A stretch of DNA of 64,000 nucleotides from positions 19,642 through 83,641 of the forward strand of contig MFIM01000001.1 of the NCBI GenBank assembly GCA_001780725.1. The letters run 5' to 3'. Position numbers and translations under genes: made by a program. The notes under the pieces were generated by a model. It had not been told where the DNA came from. It saw nothing but the letters and a program-made list of their open reading frames with translations, and searched no databases. Positions within the stretch are counted from its first letter, which is position 1; every line of letters starts with the position of its first letter. Positions 55,100 through 63,977 of this stretch are shown here, piece by piece. The DNA is from Candidatus Giovannonibacteria bacterium RIFCSPLOWO2_02_FULL_45_28. Its GTDB lineage: Bacteria > Patescibacteriota > Minisyncoccia > UBA11713 > 2-01-FULL-45-33.

Positions 55100-55506
55100 C
55101 TAAAGTCTTCATCGCCTCGCGAATCGGAGCGAAAACCAAAAAACAGTTTGAGAAAAATTTAAACAGGATGAGAGCGTTCGCGAGATTTGCGCTGAAACGA
55201 GGATTTCATCCGATACCAACAGCGTTAACTTATTGCTCGTTTATGGATGATTTTAGTCCGGAAGAGCGCAAATTGGGCCAAGAGTTCGGGCGCGCTGATA
55301 TGTTAGAATGCCAGCAAGTCTGGGCTTTGGAAGACGGCGTTGCTTTTTCAGACGGCGTGCGAGGCGATATGAAAATGGCGCGAGAATCTGACATTCAAGT
55401 ACAAATCTGGAACGCCGACAATGTTGCAAATTATCTCAAAGAAAATGACCCTTATGGCTACAAGCTCTGGCTAAAAGGAAAACAGAAAGGAGGTGAAAAA
55501 ACATGA
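55096..55506 (+). CDS. DUF4406-like (nucleoside deoxyribosyltransferase superfamily) protein
   Basis: MTKVFIASRIGAK...MLECQQVWALEDGVAFSDGVRGDMKMARESDIQV. Confidence 0.45.
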   Translation: MTKVFIASRIGAKTKKQFEKNLNRMRAFARFALKRGFHPIPTALTYCSFMDDFSPEERKLGQEFGRADMLECQQVWALEDGVAFSDGVRGDMKMARESDIQVQIWNADNVANYLKENDPYGYKLWLKGKQKGGEKT

Positions 55507-55790
55507 GAGCCGCATTCGCATTAAGTGGCGCGAGTTTCAAACCCAATGCGGGGAAACTGCTTATTGTGGAGCATATTATGCTGGTTTGTTTGGCCTTTAG
55601 CATCAGCTTTTTGATCTCAATATCCGACACAGCAAATCTACAAACCATGTCTGTGTTTGAGAAATTCTTTGTTTTCCTAGCGGGAGCTTTCTTGAGCTAT
55701 ATACTGCTTGCGTTCTTAGTAACTCCGATAGGTTGGATTAGTCTGTTATATTGCTCTGAACAAAAAGGTGAACAAAAGTCGGCGAAATAA
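55503..55790 (+). CDS. small membrane protein (3 TM)
   Basis: 95 aa, hydrophobic. Confidence 0.3.
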   Translation: MRAAFALSGASFKPNAGKLLIVEHIMLVCLAFSISFLISISDTANLQTMSVFEKFFVFLAGAFLSYILLAFLVTPIGWISLLYCSEQKGEQKSAK

Positions 55791-55875
55791 GCCGGCTTTT
55801 TTGTTTACTAAAATTATAGAGCGATCGTTTTATTATCTTAGTAACTCAATAATAGACCCGCAAACACAAGACACA

Positions 55876-56454
55876 CTAAGTTAACTCCACAACAGTCCCA
55901 GTTTTACTAACCTCTAAAACATGAATATAGTTCAGCAAACGCCTGTATCGCAAGTCTTCCAAAAAAGCTTCGGGGATTTTGCTCTTGCCAACCCAAACGC
56001 TCTTTTGCAATATTCGAAAATCTAGTTGCCGCAATGCGTCTCGAAGCCAAGCGCGCTTCCATTTTTCTTTTTCCGGAACGTCAAATATTATGATTTTCAA
56101 TTTGTTATCTTTTTCTGGTTCATAATGCAACCCACCTCTTTCTTTAAGGATTCTGAGTTTATCAATACCAGTAAGCGTAATTTTCCACAGAGTCTCATTG
56201 TGAATTATTCTTTTTTCCACAAGCCCGTGCCTTTTCAAATGATTTAATAGAGAATAAAACTGTTGTTTTGCAATATTTTTTTTCAGTTCTTTTTTCGTCG
56301 AAATGCTACCGGAATATAATGTTTGTTTGGCGTTTTTGTACGACCTATGATAATTCGGTAAAATTTTGTCTAAAATTTCTGCGGTTGCCGAAATGCCTCC
56401 AATGAGAACAGTTAAAATCTCTTTTGTTTTTGCTGACCTTCTCATTATTTCCAA
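55876..56454 (-). CDS. winged-helix DNA-binding domain fused to a Cas2/VapD-like domain (PaaX-like architecture)
   Basis: C-terminal KLKIIIFDVPEKEKWKRAWLRDALRQLDFRILQKSVWVG fits the Cas2 pattern (Y/F-D-I/V ... R ... L..G.R.Q.SVF); N-terminal QFYSLLNHLKRHGLVEK wHTH-like. Confidence 0.4.
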   Translation of the reverse strand: MEIMRRSAKTKEILTVLIGGISATAEILDKILPNYHRSYKNAKQTLYSGSISTKKELKKNIAKQQFYSLLNHLKRHGLVEKRIIHNETLWKITLTGIDKLRILKERGGLHYEPEKDNKLKIIIFDVPEKEKWKRAWLRDALRQLDFRILQKSVWVGKSKIPEAFLEDLRYRRLLNYIHVLEVSKTGTVVELT

Positions 56455-56496
56455 CCTACTAAAATTGTGGAGCGGTCGTCAAGTTATCTTAGTAAA

Positions 56497-57399
56497 TTAC
56501 TTCCAAATCAAACTGCCGTTGCGGATTTCTAGAGTTATTGTGCCGTCCAAATCTGTGCGAAAAATTTGGGCGCCTGCGGAGGCAAGGCGCGAAAGAACTT
56601 CCTGCGCCGGATGTCCATAGCGATTGCGCGCGCCGGAAGAGATTATTGCGTATTCTGGCTTTGTCACACGCAAGAAAAAATCGTTGCTGGAAGTTTTGGA
56701 GCCGTGGTGGCCGGTTTTTAAAACATCAACATCTCCGACTCTCCCCTCCTCCACCAAACGCTTTTCCAAATTTTTCTCGGCATCCGACATAAAAAGAATT
56801 TTTTTGTCTTCAAAATCCAATTCACCAACCAAAGCCGAATCGTGCACATTTTTTAGCGTCATCCCAACAAAAGATTCTTCCGGGTAAATGAATTTCAAAA
56901 CCGCCCCGTTCGCAAAATTTAAATTAATCGGATGGTCAACTGTGACCTTTTTCAATTTTTTCTCCGCAACCAAGCTTTCAAAAATTTTTGCCTCCGCCGT
57001 ATGATAATCAACACCGCTTTCAATAATCATCCCAATATTATACCGCCCCAGAACCTCAATCAGTCCCGAGACGTGGTCGGCGTGCGGATGAGTAAGCACA
57101 ACAACGTCAATAAATCTGTCAAAAAAAGACATCCGGCTCCCTAAATTTGGCAAAATTCTATTAGGCGGACCCCCATCAATTAAAATTTGTGTTCCGTCTT
57201 TTGATTCCACAAAAATTGAATCGCCTTGCCAAACGTCAAAAAAAGAAACTTCCAGATCCGGTTTTTGAACGTAATCAAAAACTCTGTACCCAACCAAAAA
57301 AAACAAAGCGAGAAGCAAAAACGCAGCTCCGCCAAATATTTTTCTTTGGTGGATTTTATAAAATTTATATATTGAACTTTGAGAAAAATTCCACGACAT
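56497..57399 (-). CDS. comEC: ComEC C-terminal metallo-beta-lactamase domain protein (separate ORF)
   Basis: DVWQGDSIFVESKDGTQILIDGG...VVVLTHPHADHVSGL; N-terminal TM. Confidence 0.7.
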   Translation of the reverse strand: MSWNFSQSSIYKFYKIHQRKIFGGAAFLLLALFFLVGYRVFDYVQKPDLEVSFFDVWQGDSIFVESKDGTQILIDGGPPNRILPNLGSRMSFFDRFIDVVVLTHPHADHVSGLIEVLGRYNIGMIIESGVDYHTAEAKIFESLVAEKKLKKVTVDHPINLNFANGAVLKFIYPEESFVGMTLKNVHDSALVGELDFEDKKILFMSDAEKNLEKRLVEEGRVGDVDVLKTGHHGSKTSSNDFFLRVTKPEYAIISSGARNRYGHPAQEVLSRLASAGAQIFRTDLDGTITLEIRNGSLIWK

Positions 57400-58792
57400 A
57401 AATTTGATAAGAAATTATAACGAAACTTGCGGCAGATATCATGATTCCAAGCGCCGGAGATACAAACGCCGCAATGCCGCCCAAAAAACTAAAAAGCATT
57501 ACCGCCGGGACGGCGGTCACAACCAAAATATTCGCCGGCAGAGCAAAAACCGAAACAGAATTTCCCCAAAAAATCAGAAACGGTAAAACGAAAATTTGCG
57601 CCGCGGCTGAAGCCGCCGCCGCCTCACGCATCCCCCAAAATTTTGGCAAAAACCAAAAAAACTTCTGGAAGAGCGAGGCAAGTAAAATCAGCCCCAAGGT
57701 TGCCGCAAAAGAGAGCTGAAAACCCCGATCAAACCTCAAATACATCGGATTTATAAAAACCATGAGAGCCGCAGCGAGCACAAGCGAAAGTAGGGGCGCG
57801 CGCAGCCGCCCCGTCCTTAACGCCAAAAGTCCGACAACCGCCATAATCGCCGCTCGCACAGCAGCCGGCTCCGCACCGGTCATTAAAGTAAAAAAGATAA
57901 TACCCACAATAGACAGGGTCCATGCAAACGTGTACGGCAAAATAAAACCAAAAAACGCTAGAAGAAATGTGCCGACAATTGTGATGTTGTAGCCGGAAAG
58001 CACCAAAATATGAATTGTGCTCGTTTTTCTGAAAGCATCCAATAAATCTTGCGGCAAAACGCCTCCTGCTCCCAAAAGCATGCCGTTGGCCAAAGATGCG
58101 TGCGGCTCCGGCAAAATAAGTTTGAGATTTTGCTCGAATTTTTCCCTTACACGAAAAAGAGAAACCAAAATTTTGTTCTTCGTCGGTACCAGAATACCTC
58201 TCCCCCAAAAAAGAGACAGTGTCTCTTTCTTTTCCCCCTCCCCTTCGTAAGGGGAGGGTGTTGGGAGGTGGGGTATCTCCTTAATTTCCGGGAAAAGCAT
58301 TTGCGAATAAATCAGGTCCTTTGCCAAATATTTTTTTACATCAAAATCGCCGTAATTTTCCGGCTCTAATATCTCGCCAGCCACTTCCAGCCTCTCTCCG
58401 TATCTGTACTGCGGATAAATTCGACTCACAACTAAAAGCCGCCCGAATTCTGTTTCCAAAACTATGCGCGACGAGTTTTGCTTTATTTCGCTTGAGATAA
58501 CAGTACCGCGCAAAACAATCGCCTCGCCATAGCGGTTGTGAAGTTGGTCATCTACAACCTTGTTTTCAAAAACCGAAAAACGGAACAGGCCGATGAGAAA
58601 AAAGATAAGAAAAAATAATACGGAGAAAAACCGGTGAGGTGTCAATCTTGCTCTAAAAAACAAAGCAACTAAAAATCCGGTGGCGACACCCAATCCTCCC
58701 AATATCCACTTTTCCGGCACATTAAAAAACGAGCGGATACCGACTCCCGCCAAAAATGCGACCAAAAAATATGGTGTATATTTTATTGCCAC
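57365..58792 (-). CDS. comEC: ComEC/Rec2 competence channel, membrane (DUF4131 plus Competence domain) part
   Basis: Multi-TM; TIHILVLSGYNITIVG competence-domain motif; overlaps the downstream MBL-domain ORF by 35 nt. Confidence 0.7.
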   Translation of the reverse strand: MAIKYTPYFLVAFLAGVGIRSFFNVPEKWILGGLGVATGFLVALFFRARLTPHRFFSVLFFLIFFLIGLFRFSVFENKVVDDQLHNRYGEAIVLRGTVISSEIKQNSSRIVLETEFGRLLVVSRIYPQYRYGERLEVAGEILEPENYGDFDVKKYLAKDLIYSQMLFPEIKEIPHLPTPSPYEGEGEKKETLSLFWGRGILVPTKNKILVSLFRVREKFEQNLKLILPEPHASLANGMLLGAGGVLPQDLLDAFRKTSTIHILVLSGYNITIVGTFLLAFFGFILPYTFAWTLSIVGIIFFTLMTGAEPAAVRAAIMAVVGLLALRTGRLRAPLLSLVLAAALMVFINPMYLRFDRGFQLSFAATLGLILLASLFQKFFWFLPKFWGMREAAAASAAAQIFVLPFLIFWGNSVSVFALPANILVVTAVPAVMLFSFLGGIAAFVSPALGIMISAASFVIISYQIYVVEFFSKFNI

Positions 58793-59235
58793 AGCCGGCC
58801 TTGGTCGGAGTCCAGCGCGGCGTTCACCAATCTGTCAGCGGCGCGATTGTTCTCTCTCCGAACATGGCTGAACGTTACCTTAGCAAAATCCATCTTAAGA
58901 TTCCATACCGCAATAAAAAGCGGGAACATTCTTTCTTCCTCAATTTTGTATTTTCCATTAAGCTGGCTGGCGACAAACTCCGAATCCATCCGCATTTCCA
59001 CCTCCATTTTTTTTGTTTTTTCTTTTCCGAAAAGCGCTTTTATCTTTTTTAGCGCAAAAATCACCGCTTCGTATTCAGCTTCATTGTTTGTTTTTGTGCC
59101 GATCTTCTCTCCGTATTCTTTAATCATCCGCTCTCCCGCATCGCAAATAACCACCCCGATCCCCGCCGGCCCCGGATTTCCACGAGATCCCCCGTCCGTA
59201 TAGACAATTAATTTTTCTAATTTTTCTTTAGACAT
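58783..59235 (-). CDS. rnhA: ribonuclease HI
   Basis: IVYTDGGSRGNPGPAGIGVV...NNEAEYEAVIFAL...NNRAADRLVN. Confidence 0.85.
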   Translation of the reverse strand: MSKEKLEKLIVYTDGGSRGNPGPAGIGVVICDAGERMIKEYGEKIGTKTNNEAEYEAVIFALKKIKALFGKEKTKKMEVEMRMDSEFVASQLNGKYKIEEERMFPLFIAVWNLKMDFAKVTFSHVRRENNRAADRLVNAALDSDQGRLWQ

Positions 59236-60235
59236 GTTTATTTAAATAATCTGCTATATTCAATGCCTCGCGCAAGGCGTCGTTTTTTTTTGTAAAAGCC
59301 GCGCTCCCCGCGACAGAATGCCCTCCTCCGCCGTATTTTTTTTCTAAATATTGACCGATGCGCGGATGCCTTGGCGGATTCCATGGGTTTTGGCCGACGC
59401 TTAAAACATGTTTATTGCCACGTTTCAAAATTCTTACGGAATATTTAGATTGCGGATAGAAATAATAAGAAGCGAATCTTGCGCCGGCCAAGCGCTTGTT
59501 CATTCCGTAAAGAATGGTCACCTTCCCGCGTAAAACCAAATGCTTTTTAATTTCCGGCATAGATTTTTTAAAATCCCGTTTGTGTTTCAAAAATCTGATT
59601 CGGACGGGTTTTAATTTATCAATAAAAATCATTGATTTTTCACTTAACGCTTTAATCAGCAACTTCGCGTAAGACAGCGATGGTTTTTTATCAACAAATG
59701 ATTTTGCGATTCTCAATGCGGCCTGTTGAAAACCCATAGCTTCCCGCGCATTTTTAAACCTGGCCCTATCAATTATATCAGCCCATTTCGCCAATTCTTT
59801 TATGTGTTTCGGCGCTTTTATCTCGAAGTTTTTTGTAAAATGGCGAAAAATGAGTCCCGTGCATGACGGACTTTTTGTATCTAAAATTTTGAAGTTTGAA
59901 GTCAGAAGTTTGATGTCAGATGCTTTGAAATCTTTTTCCCACCTTTTATCAATAAAAGTCGTCGGGTGGTGATCAAACCAGATTTTTGCTCTTGGGTGAT
60001 AAGTGATATCAACAACAGCGCTTGGGCTTTTCATCTTTAATTTTCTCCACCATTTTTTATTTACAGGGTGAGTAAGCGGAATAAATTTTCCGTAACTATC
60101 GCCCCGCAATTTCAGAAAATGCGAAAGCGTCGCGGCGGACGCCGCCCCATCAAAACAATTCCCGTGAAAATAGATGTCGTATTTCATCTCAAATACCCGA
60201 CTTGTTTCAGCCAATAATCGTTTTCCCATTCCCAA
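59228..60235 (-). CDS. DHH-family phosphoesterase-like protein
   Basis: FHGNCFDGAASAA...WFDHHPTT; contains in-frame LLTSNFKIL mini-repeat. Confidence 0.45.
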   Translation of the reverse strand: MGMGKRLLAETSRVFEMKYDIYFHGNCFDGAASAATLSHFLKLRGDSYGKFIPLTHPVNKKWWRKLKMKSPSAVVDITYHPRAKIWFDHHPTTFIDKRWEKDFKASDIKLLTSNFKILDTKSPSCTGLIFRHFTKNFEIKAPKHIKELAKWADIIDRARFKNAREAMGFQQAALRIAKSFVDKKPSLSYAKLLIKALSEKSMIFIDKLKPVRIRFLKHKRDFKKSMPEIKKHLVLRGKVTILYGMNKRLAGARFASYYFYPQSKYSVRILKRGNKHVLSVGQNPWNPPRHPRIGQYLEKKYGGGGHSVAGSAAFTKKNDALREALNIADYLNKHV

Positions 60236-60996
60236 AGGATTTTGGCTGCCAAAAAAGCTTTGATGTCCTTAAAATAATACGGAAACTCGCGCATCTCAAC
60301 TATTCCCTCCATTGGCCCCCAATAATGATCTTCGTGCGAAGAGCCGCAGTTTCCGACACCTGTTCGCGCTTCAGGTTTCGGATTCCGGATTTTATTGCGC
60401 CCCCCTTTTTCGCGCAAGCTCGCGCCGCAACGCAAGCATTTTCTTTGCTGGTCCACTCTCAAAATCCAGCGCGTAGCCACCTCTCCGGGCAATTTCAGCG
60501 CGCGCTTCAAATCCAATTCCTGCAAAGCCAAAACGTAAGCTGCGGTCTGCAAATTATATTCCGGATAAAACCCGGTTGAAGTTTTTATATCCAAAACGCC
60601 GAATTTTCCGCCGATGGTAGCCAGAGCGTCAACGGTGCCGGCATAACGGTGAAGATCGGACCAAACCCTGCTTTCCACGTATTCCGGATGGAAAAAAATC
60701 TGATTTTTTTCCTGGAATTCCTTAAAGGCAGACGCGGCCGGCTCAATTTCTTTGGGAACCGCGATTGCCTCCCCAACCGCCAGCTTCTGGATAGTTTCAT
60801 GCACCAGCGTCCCCTCCTCCGCAGATTTTGTTTTTATATCGTCCGCGGCGGCGTAAGACCCGACTTCTTTAAAAAAAAATTCCAGGGCCGGTTTTGCTTT
60901 AATTGACAAAATCTGCGTTACTCTCGGGTACCATCCGCCGTTTATCTCATACCCGCAAACCGACTTAAAATGTTCAGCATCTTTAAACCAAGCCAT
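60184..60996 (-). CDS. RecB-family PD-(D/E)xK nuclease with 4-Cys cluster (Cas4-like exonuclease)
   Basis: GTVDALATIGGKFGVLDIKTS...QTAAYVLAL (D...D/ExK plus QxxxY); Cys14 plus C-terminal CLRCGAS...GNC. Confidence 0.5.
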   Translation of the reverse strand: MAWFKDAEHFKSVCGYEINGGWYPRVTQILSIKAKPALEFFFKEVGSYAAADDIKTKSAEEGTLVHETIQKLAVGEAIAVPKEIEPAASAFKEFQEKNQIFFHPEYVESRVWSDLHRYAGTVDALATIGGKFGVLDIKTSTGFYPEYNLQTAAYVLALQELDLKRALKLPGEVATRWILRVDQQRKCLRCGASLREKGGRNKIRNPKPEARTGVGNCGSSHEDHYWGPMEGIVEMREFPYYFKDIKAFLAAKILWEWENDYWLKQVGYLR

Positions 60997-61052
60997 GATA
61001 AATGGAGTATATCATTGAGCCATTACAAAAACAAAAAGGCCTTGGTTGGCCT

Positions 61053-61328
61053 TTATAAGCTTACTACTTTTTTACCGTCAGGATGAATGTGTTCAACATC
61101 TTTAGTTCTTAAACCCGATTTCGGCTCGCTGTGACGCATGGCTGGGCAAAACTCACACATCCAATGAAAAATTACGTTGGCAAAATACCAAACATGTGGA
61201 GGACATTTGTATTGCGGCTGATGTACACAGCGAGATATTTCTTTGTAATATACCTTCATCTTCGCTTTATTTTTTTGAGCCATAAAGCCTCCTTTTGTTA
61301 TGTTCTCCTTCTTGTTATAAGTTAGCAT
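61053..61328 (-). CDS. small Cys/His-rich hypothetical protein
   Basis: CVHQPQYKCPPH...CEFCPAMRH; start uncertain. Confidence 0.25.
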   Translation of the reverse strand: MLTYNKKENITKGGFMAQKNKAKMKVYYKEISRCVHQPQYKCPPHVWYFANVIFHWMCEFCPAMRHSEPKSGLRTKDVEHIHPDGKKVVSL

Positions 61329-61372
61329 ACAACCAAAACCGTATCAACGGTACGCGAAACATCGACTGCGCG

Positions 61373-62494
61373 TTATTTTTTCTTCAACGCCTCCCGCCAG
61401 AGGCGAGGCTCGCCACTGAGGGCGGCGATCCCCGGAAGGGTGCCCTTCGCGAGAAATTCCAACATTGCGCCGCCGCCGGTGGAGATAAAATCAAAGTTTT
61501 TCTCCAGTTTGAATTTGCGAATTGCCGCAACAGTATCTCCGCCGCCAACCACCTTAAAAGCTTTTGATTTTCCCAGCTCTTCTGCCAGAGCTTTTGTGCC
61601 GTATGTAAATCCTTTTTCGCAAACGCCGAGCGTGCCGTTCCACAAAACAAATTTCGCTTTTTTTGCCAAATCCGCCAACGTTTTAATGGTTTGCGGCCCG
61701 GCGTCGTAAATCAAATCCCCGTGCTCAATATTGCTAGTTGGAATCAAAGAAACAATTTTCTTTTTTTTACCGCGGAGCAAAACAGCGTCTTCCGGCAACA
61801 AAACCCTACGATTCGTAAGAACATACCGGGATATTTGCACGTCTTCCACGGGCGAACTGCCGACACGGTATCCTTTGTTGGACAAAAACGTATTGCCGAG
61901 CGCGCCACCCACAAAAATAGCGTCTGCGCTAGTCAAAAACCGCGAAATCAGAGGCTCTTTCGTCTCAAATTTTTTTCCGCCCAAAATAAACAGAAACGGG
62001 TGATCGGGTTTAAAAAATTTGGACAGATTTTCCGTCTCTTTTTCAAACAAAAAACCGGCTTCATGCGGCAAAAGCTCAGGCAGAAGAACAATAGAAGCGT
62101 GTTTTCTGTGCGATGCGGAAAAAGCGTCGTTGACATAATAGTCGCCCCAAGCCGCGAGAGTTTTAGCGAAACTCAAATCACAAGCTTTCTCGCCAGGATT
62201 TAAACGGATGTTGTCAAAGAGAACAACGCGCTCGGCAAACTCAAGAGGTTTTGGCGGCAGCTTGCCTTGCACGAAACCCACCCGCAATCCCAGCAACCCC
62301 TCCAACAAGCTTCTCGCCTCGTTGAGATGCGGCGCATTACCGTTTTCCTCCAAATGCGCAATTAAAAAAACTTGCGCGCCCTTCTTCAGCCAATACACAA
62401 TTGTCGGCAAAGAAGCGCGGACGCGAAAATCATCCGCAATTTTGCCGTTTTTGAGCGGAACATTAAAATCCACCCTTAAAAGGACTTTCTTCAT
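61373..62494 (-). CDS. pgk: phosphoglycerate kinase
   Basis: MKKVLLRVDFNVP...; C-terminal tail SGEPRLWREALKKK beyond the usual end. Confidence 0.9.
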   Translation of the reverse strand: MKKVLLRVDFNVPLKNGKIADDFRVRASLPTIVYWLKKGAQVFLIAHLEENGNAPHLNEARSLLEGLLGLRVGFVQGKLPPKPLEFAERVVLFDNIRLNPGEKACDLSFAKTLAAWGDYYVNDAFSASHRKHASIVLLPELLPHEAGFLFEKETENLSKFFKPDHPFLFILGGKKFETKEPLISRFLTSADAIFVGGALGNTFLSNKGYRVGSSPVEDVQISRYVLTNRRVLLPEDAVLLRGKKKKIVSLIPTSNIEHGDLIYDAGPQTIKTLADLAKKAKFVLWNGTLGVCEKGFTYGTKALAEELGKSKAFKVVGGGDTVAAIRKFKLEKNFDFISTGGGAMLEFLAKGTLPGIAALSGEPRLWREALKKK

Positions 62495-63249
62495 GTCGCG
62501 CCAACTTCTTCTACTATCTTTACAAAACTTTTAGCATTTAAGCTAGCCCCGCCAACCAAAAGCCCGTCCACCATCCCCCTGCCCACAAATTCCGCCGCGT
62601 TCTCCGCGGTCACAGAGCCGCCATAGAGAATCGGCACTTTTGAAGCAATTTTTTTTCCGAACATTTTGTAAAGCTCGCGGCGCAGAAGAATAGACATCTC
62701 ATAAACGTCTTTCGGCGTGTCTGCCTTACCGGTGCCGATAGCCCAAACCGGCTCATAGGCAATAATCAAATTTTTAATCAAAGATTTTTTAATTTTTCTT
62801 AAGCCTTCATGAAGTTCGTCACGGATTATTTTAGGAAACACGATTTCGCGCTCCTTTTCTTTTTCTCCGACGCACAACACCGCTTTCAGCCCACCCCCTA
62901 ACGCGGCGTTTAATTTTTTGTGCACAACTTCGTTGCTTTCTCCCAATGCCCGCCTTTCAGAATGCCCAACAATGACCAATTTTACGCCGGACGCTTTAAG
63001 CTGTAACGCAGAAATTTCTCCAGTGTAAGCCCCTCCCTTTTCCCAAAATGTATCTTGAGCGCCGAGTTTGAAGTTAGAAGTTGGAAGTTTGAAATTAGAA
63101 AGAAGCGGCAAATAAACAAAAGGCGGAGCAAGTACAATCTCAACATTCTTTGCTTTTCTAAGCCCGCGCCCCACAAAATGGGCCAGACGCGAAGCGTCTC
63201 GCTGGCTTCCCGGATTCATCTTCCAGTTTGCTATTATCAGCTTCTTCAT
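62491..63249 (-). CDS. tpiA: triosephosphate isomerase (with in-frame mini-repeat insertion)
   Basis: MKKLIIANWKMN, VIVGHSERR, IAYEPVWAIGTG; inserted LLSNFKLPTSNFKLG. Confidence 0.9.
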   Translation of the reverse strand: MKKLIIANWKMNPGSQRDASRLAHFVGRGLRKAKNVEIVLAPPFVYLPLLSNFKLPTSNFKLGAQDTFWEKGGAYTGEISALQLKASGVKLVIVGHSERRALGESNEVVHKKLNAALGGGLKAVLCVGEKEKEREIVFPKIIRDELHEGLRKIKKSLIKNLIIAYEPVWAIGTGKADTPKDVYEMSILLRRELYKMFGKKIASKVPILYGGSVTAENAAEFVGRGMVDGLLVGGASLNAKSFVKIVEEVGAT

Positions 63250-63977
63250 AATTTAAATAATTCTACCGCGTTTTTATAAAAAACATAATCCAAATCCCTT
63301 TTCGCGATACCCAAGCTCTTAGTAAAATTGACATATGTTTTCATAGAAGCCAGCGGCCAATCCGTCCCGTAAAGCAGCTTGCGCGGCGAGCTGTAAACAT
63401 AAAGCTCTTGAATCCGATTTTTCATAAGTGTTCCGTAAGCAGAATTTAAATCTGCATCTTCAACAACAAGTCCGGAAATATCCGCATACACATTATCATT
63501 TTTATACAATACCTCCGCGCAATCTACCAGCCACGGGTTCCCCATATGCGCAATGATTATTTTGAGACTCGGAAATTCGGTGGCAACCTCGTCTACATGC
63601 AACGGATGCGAATACTTAACTTTTGCCGCGGGCTCTCCTGGAATAGCCAAAGTATCACCTGTGTGAAAAATAACCGGCGCATCGTGTTTGAGACATAGCT
63701 TGTATATTGGATGGCATATTTTTTCGTACGGATAAAAATTTTGGTATCCCAAATGCAGTTTGATGCCCCCGATGAGCTTCTTGTTTAGTAATTCATCCAG
63801 CAAATCCAGGTCTTTTTCTGTGTAATGCAGCACATCCAAAGAACCTATGTTAATTAGGTTTTTTGCTTCGCGCGTCAGTTTTAGCTCATCGACCATTGAA
63901 AGATTAAAGTTGGTTTTTTTATAGTTAGCTATCACAAGAGCACGGTCAACATGATTAGCCTTCATCTCTTTAAGCAA
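63246..63977 (-). CDS. amidohydrolase-2 (TIM-barrel metal-dependent hydrolase) family protein
   Basis: IIAHMGNPW...LLYGTDWP. Confidence 0.55.
   Translation of the reverse strand: MLKEMKANHVDRALVIANYKKTNFNLSMVDELKLTREAKNLINIGSLDVLHYTEKDLDLLDELLNKKLIGGIKLHLGYQNFYPYEKICHPIYKLCLKHDAPVIFHTGDTLAIPGEPAAKVKYSHPLHVDEVATEFPSLKIIIAHMGNPWLVDCAEVLYKNDNVYADISGLVVEDADLNSAYGTLMKNRIQELYVYSSPRKLLYGTDWPLASMKTYVNFTKSLGIAKRDLDYVFYKNAVELFKL

Noticed and set aside
61381-61440. pgk C-terminal tail region CCGCCAGAGGCGAGGCTCGCCACTGAGGGCGG as a fourth copy of the ileS palindromic element
   Set aside because: It shares only the CCGCCAGAGGCG half and the arms differ; similarity is too weak to call, although it may be a decayed relative that created the extra SGEPRLWREALKKK tail.
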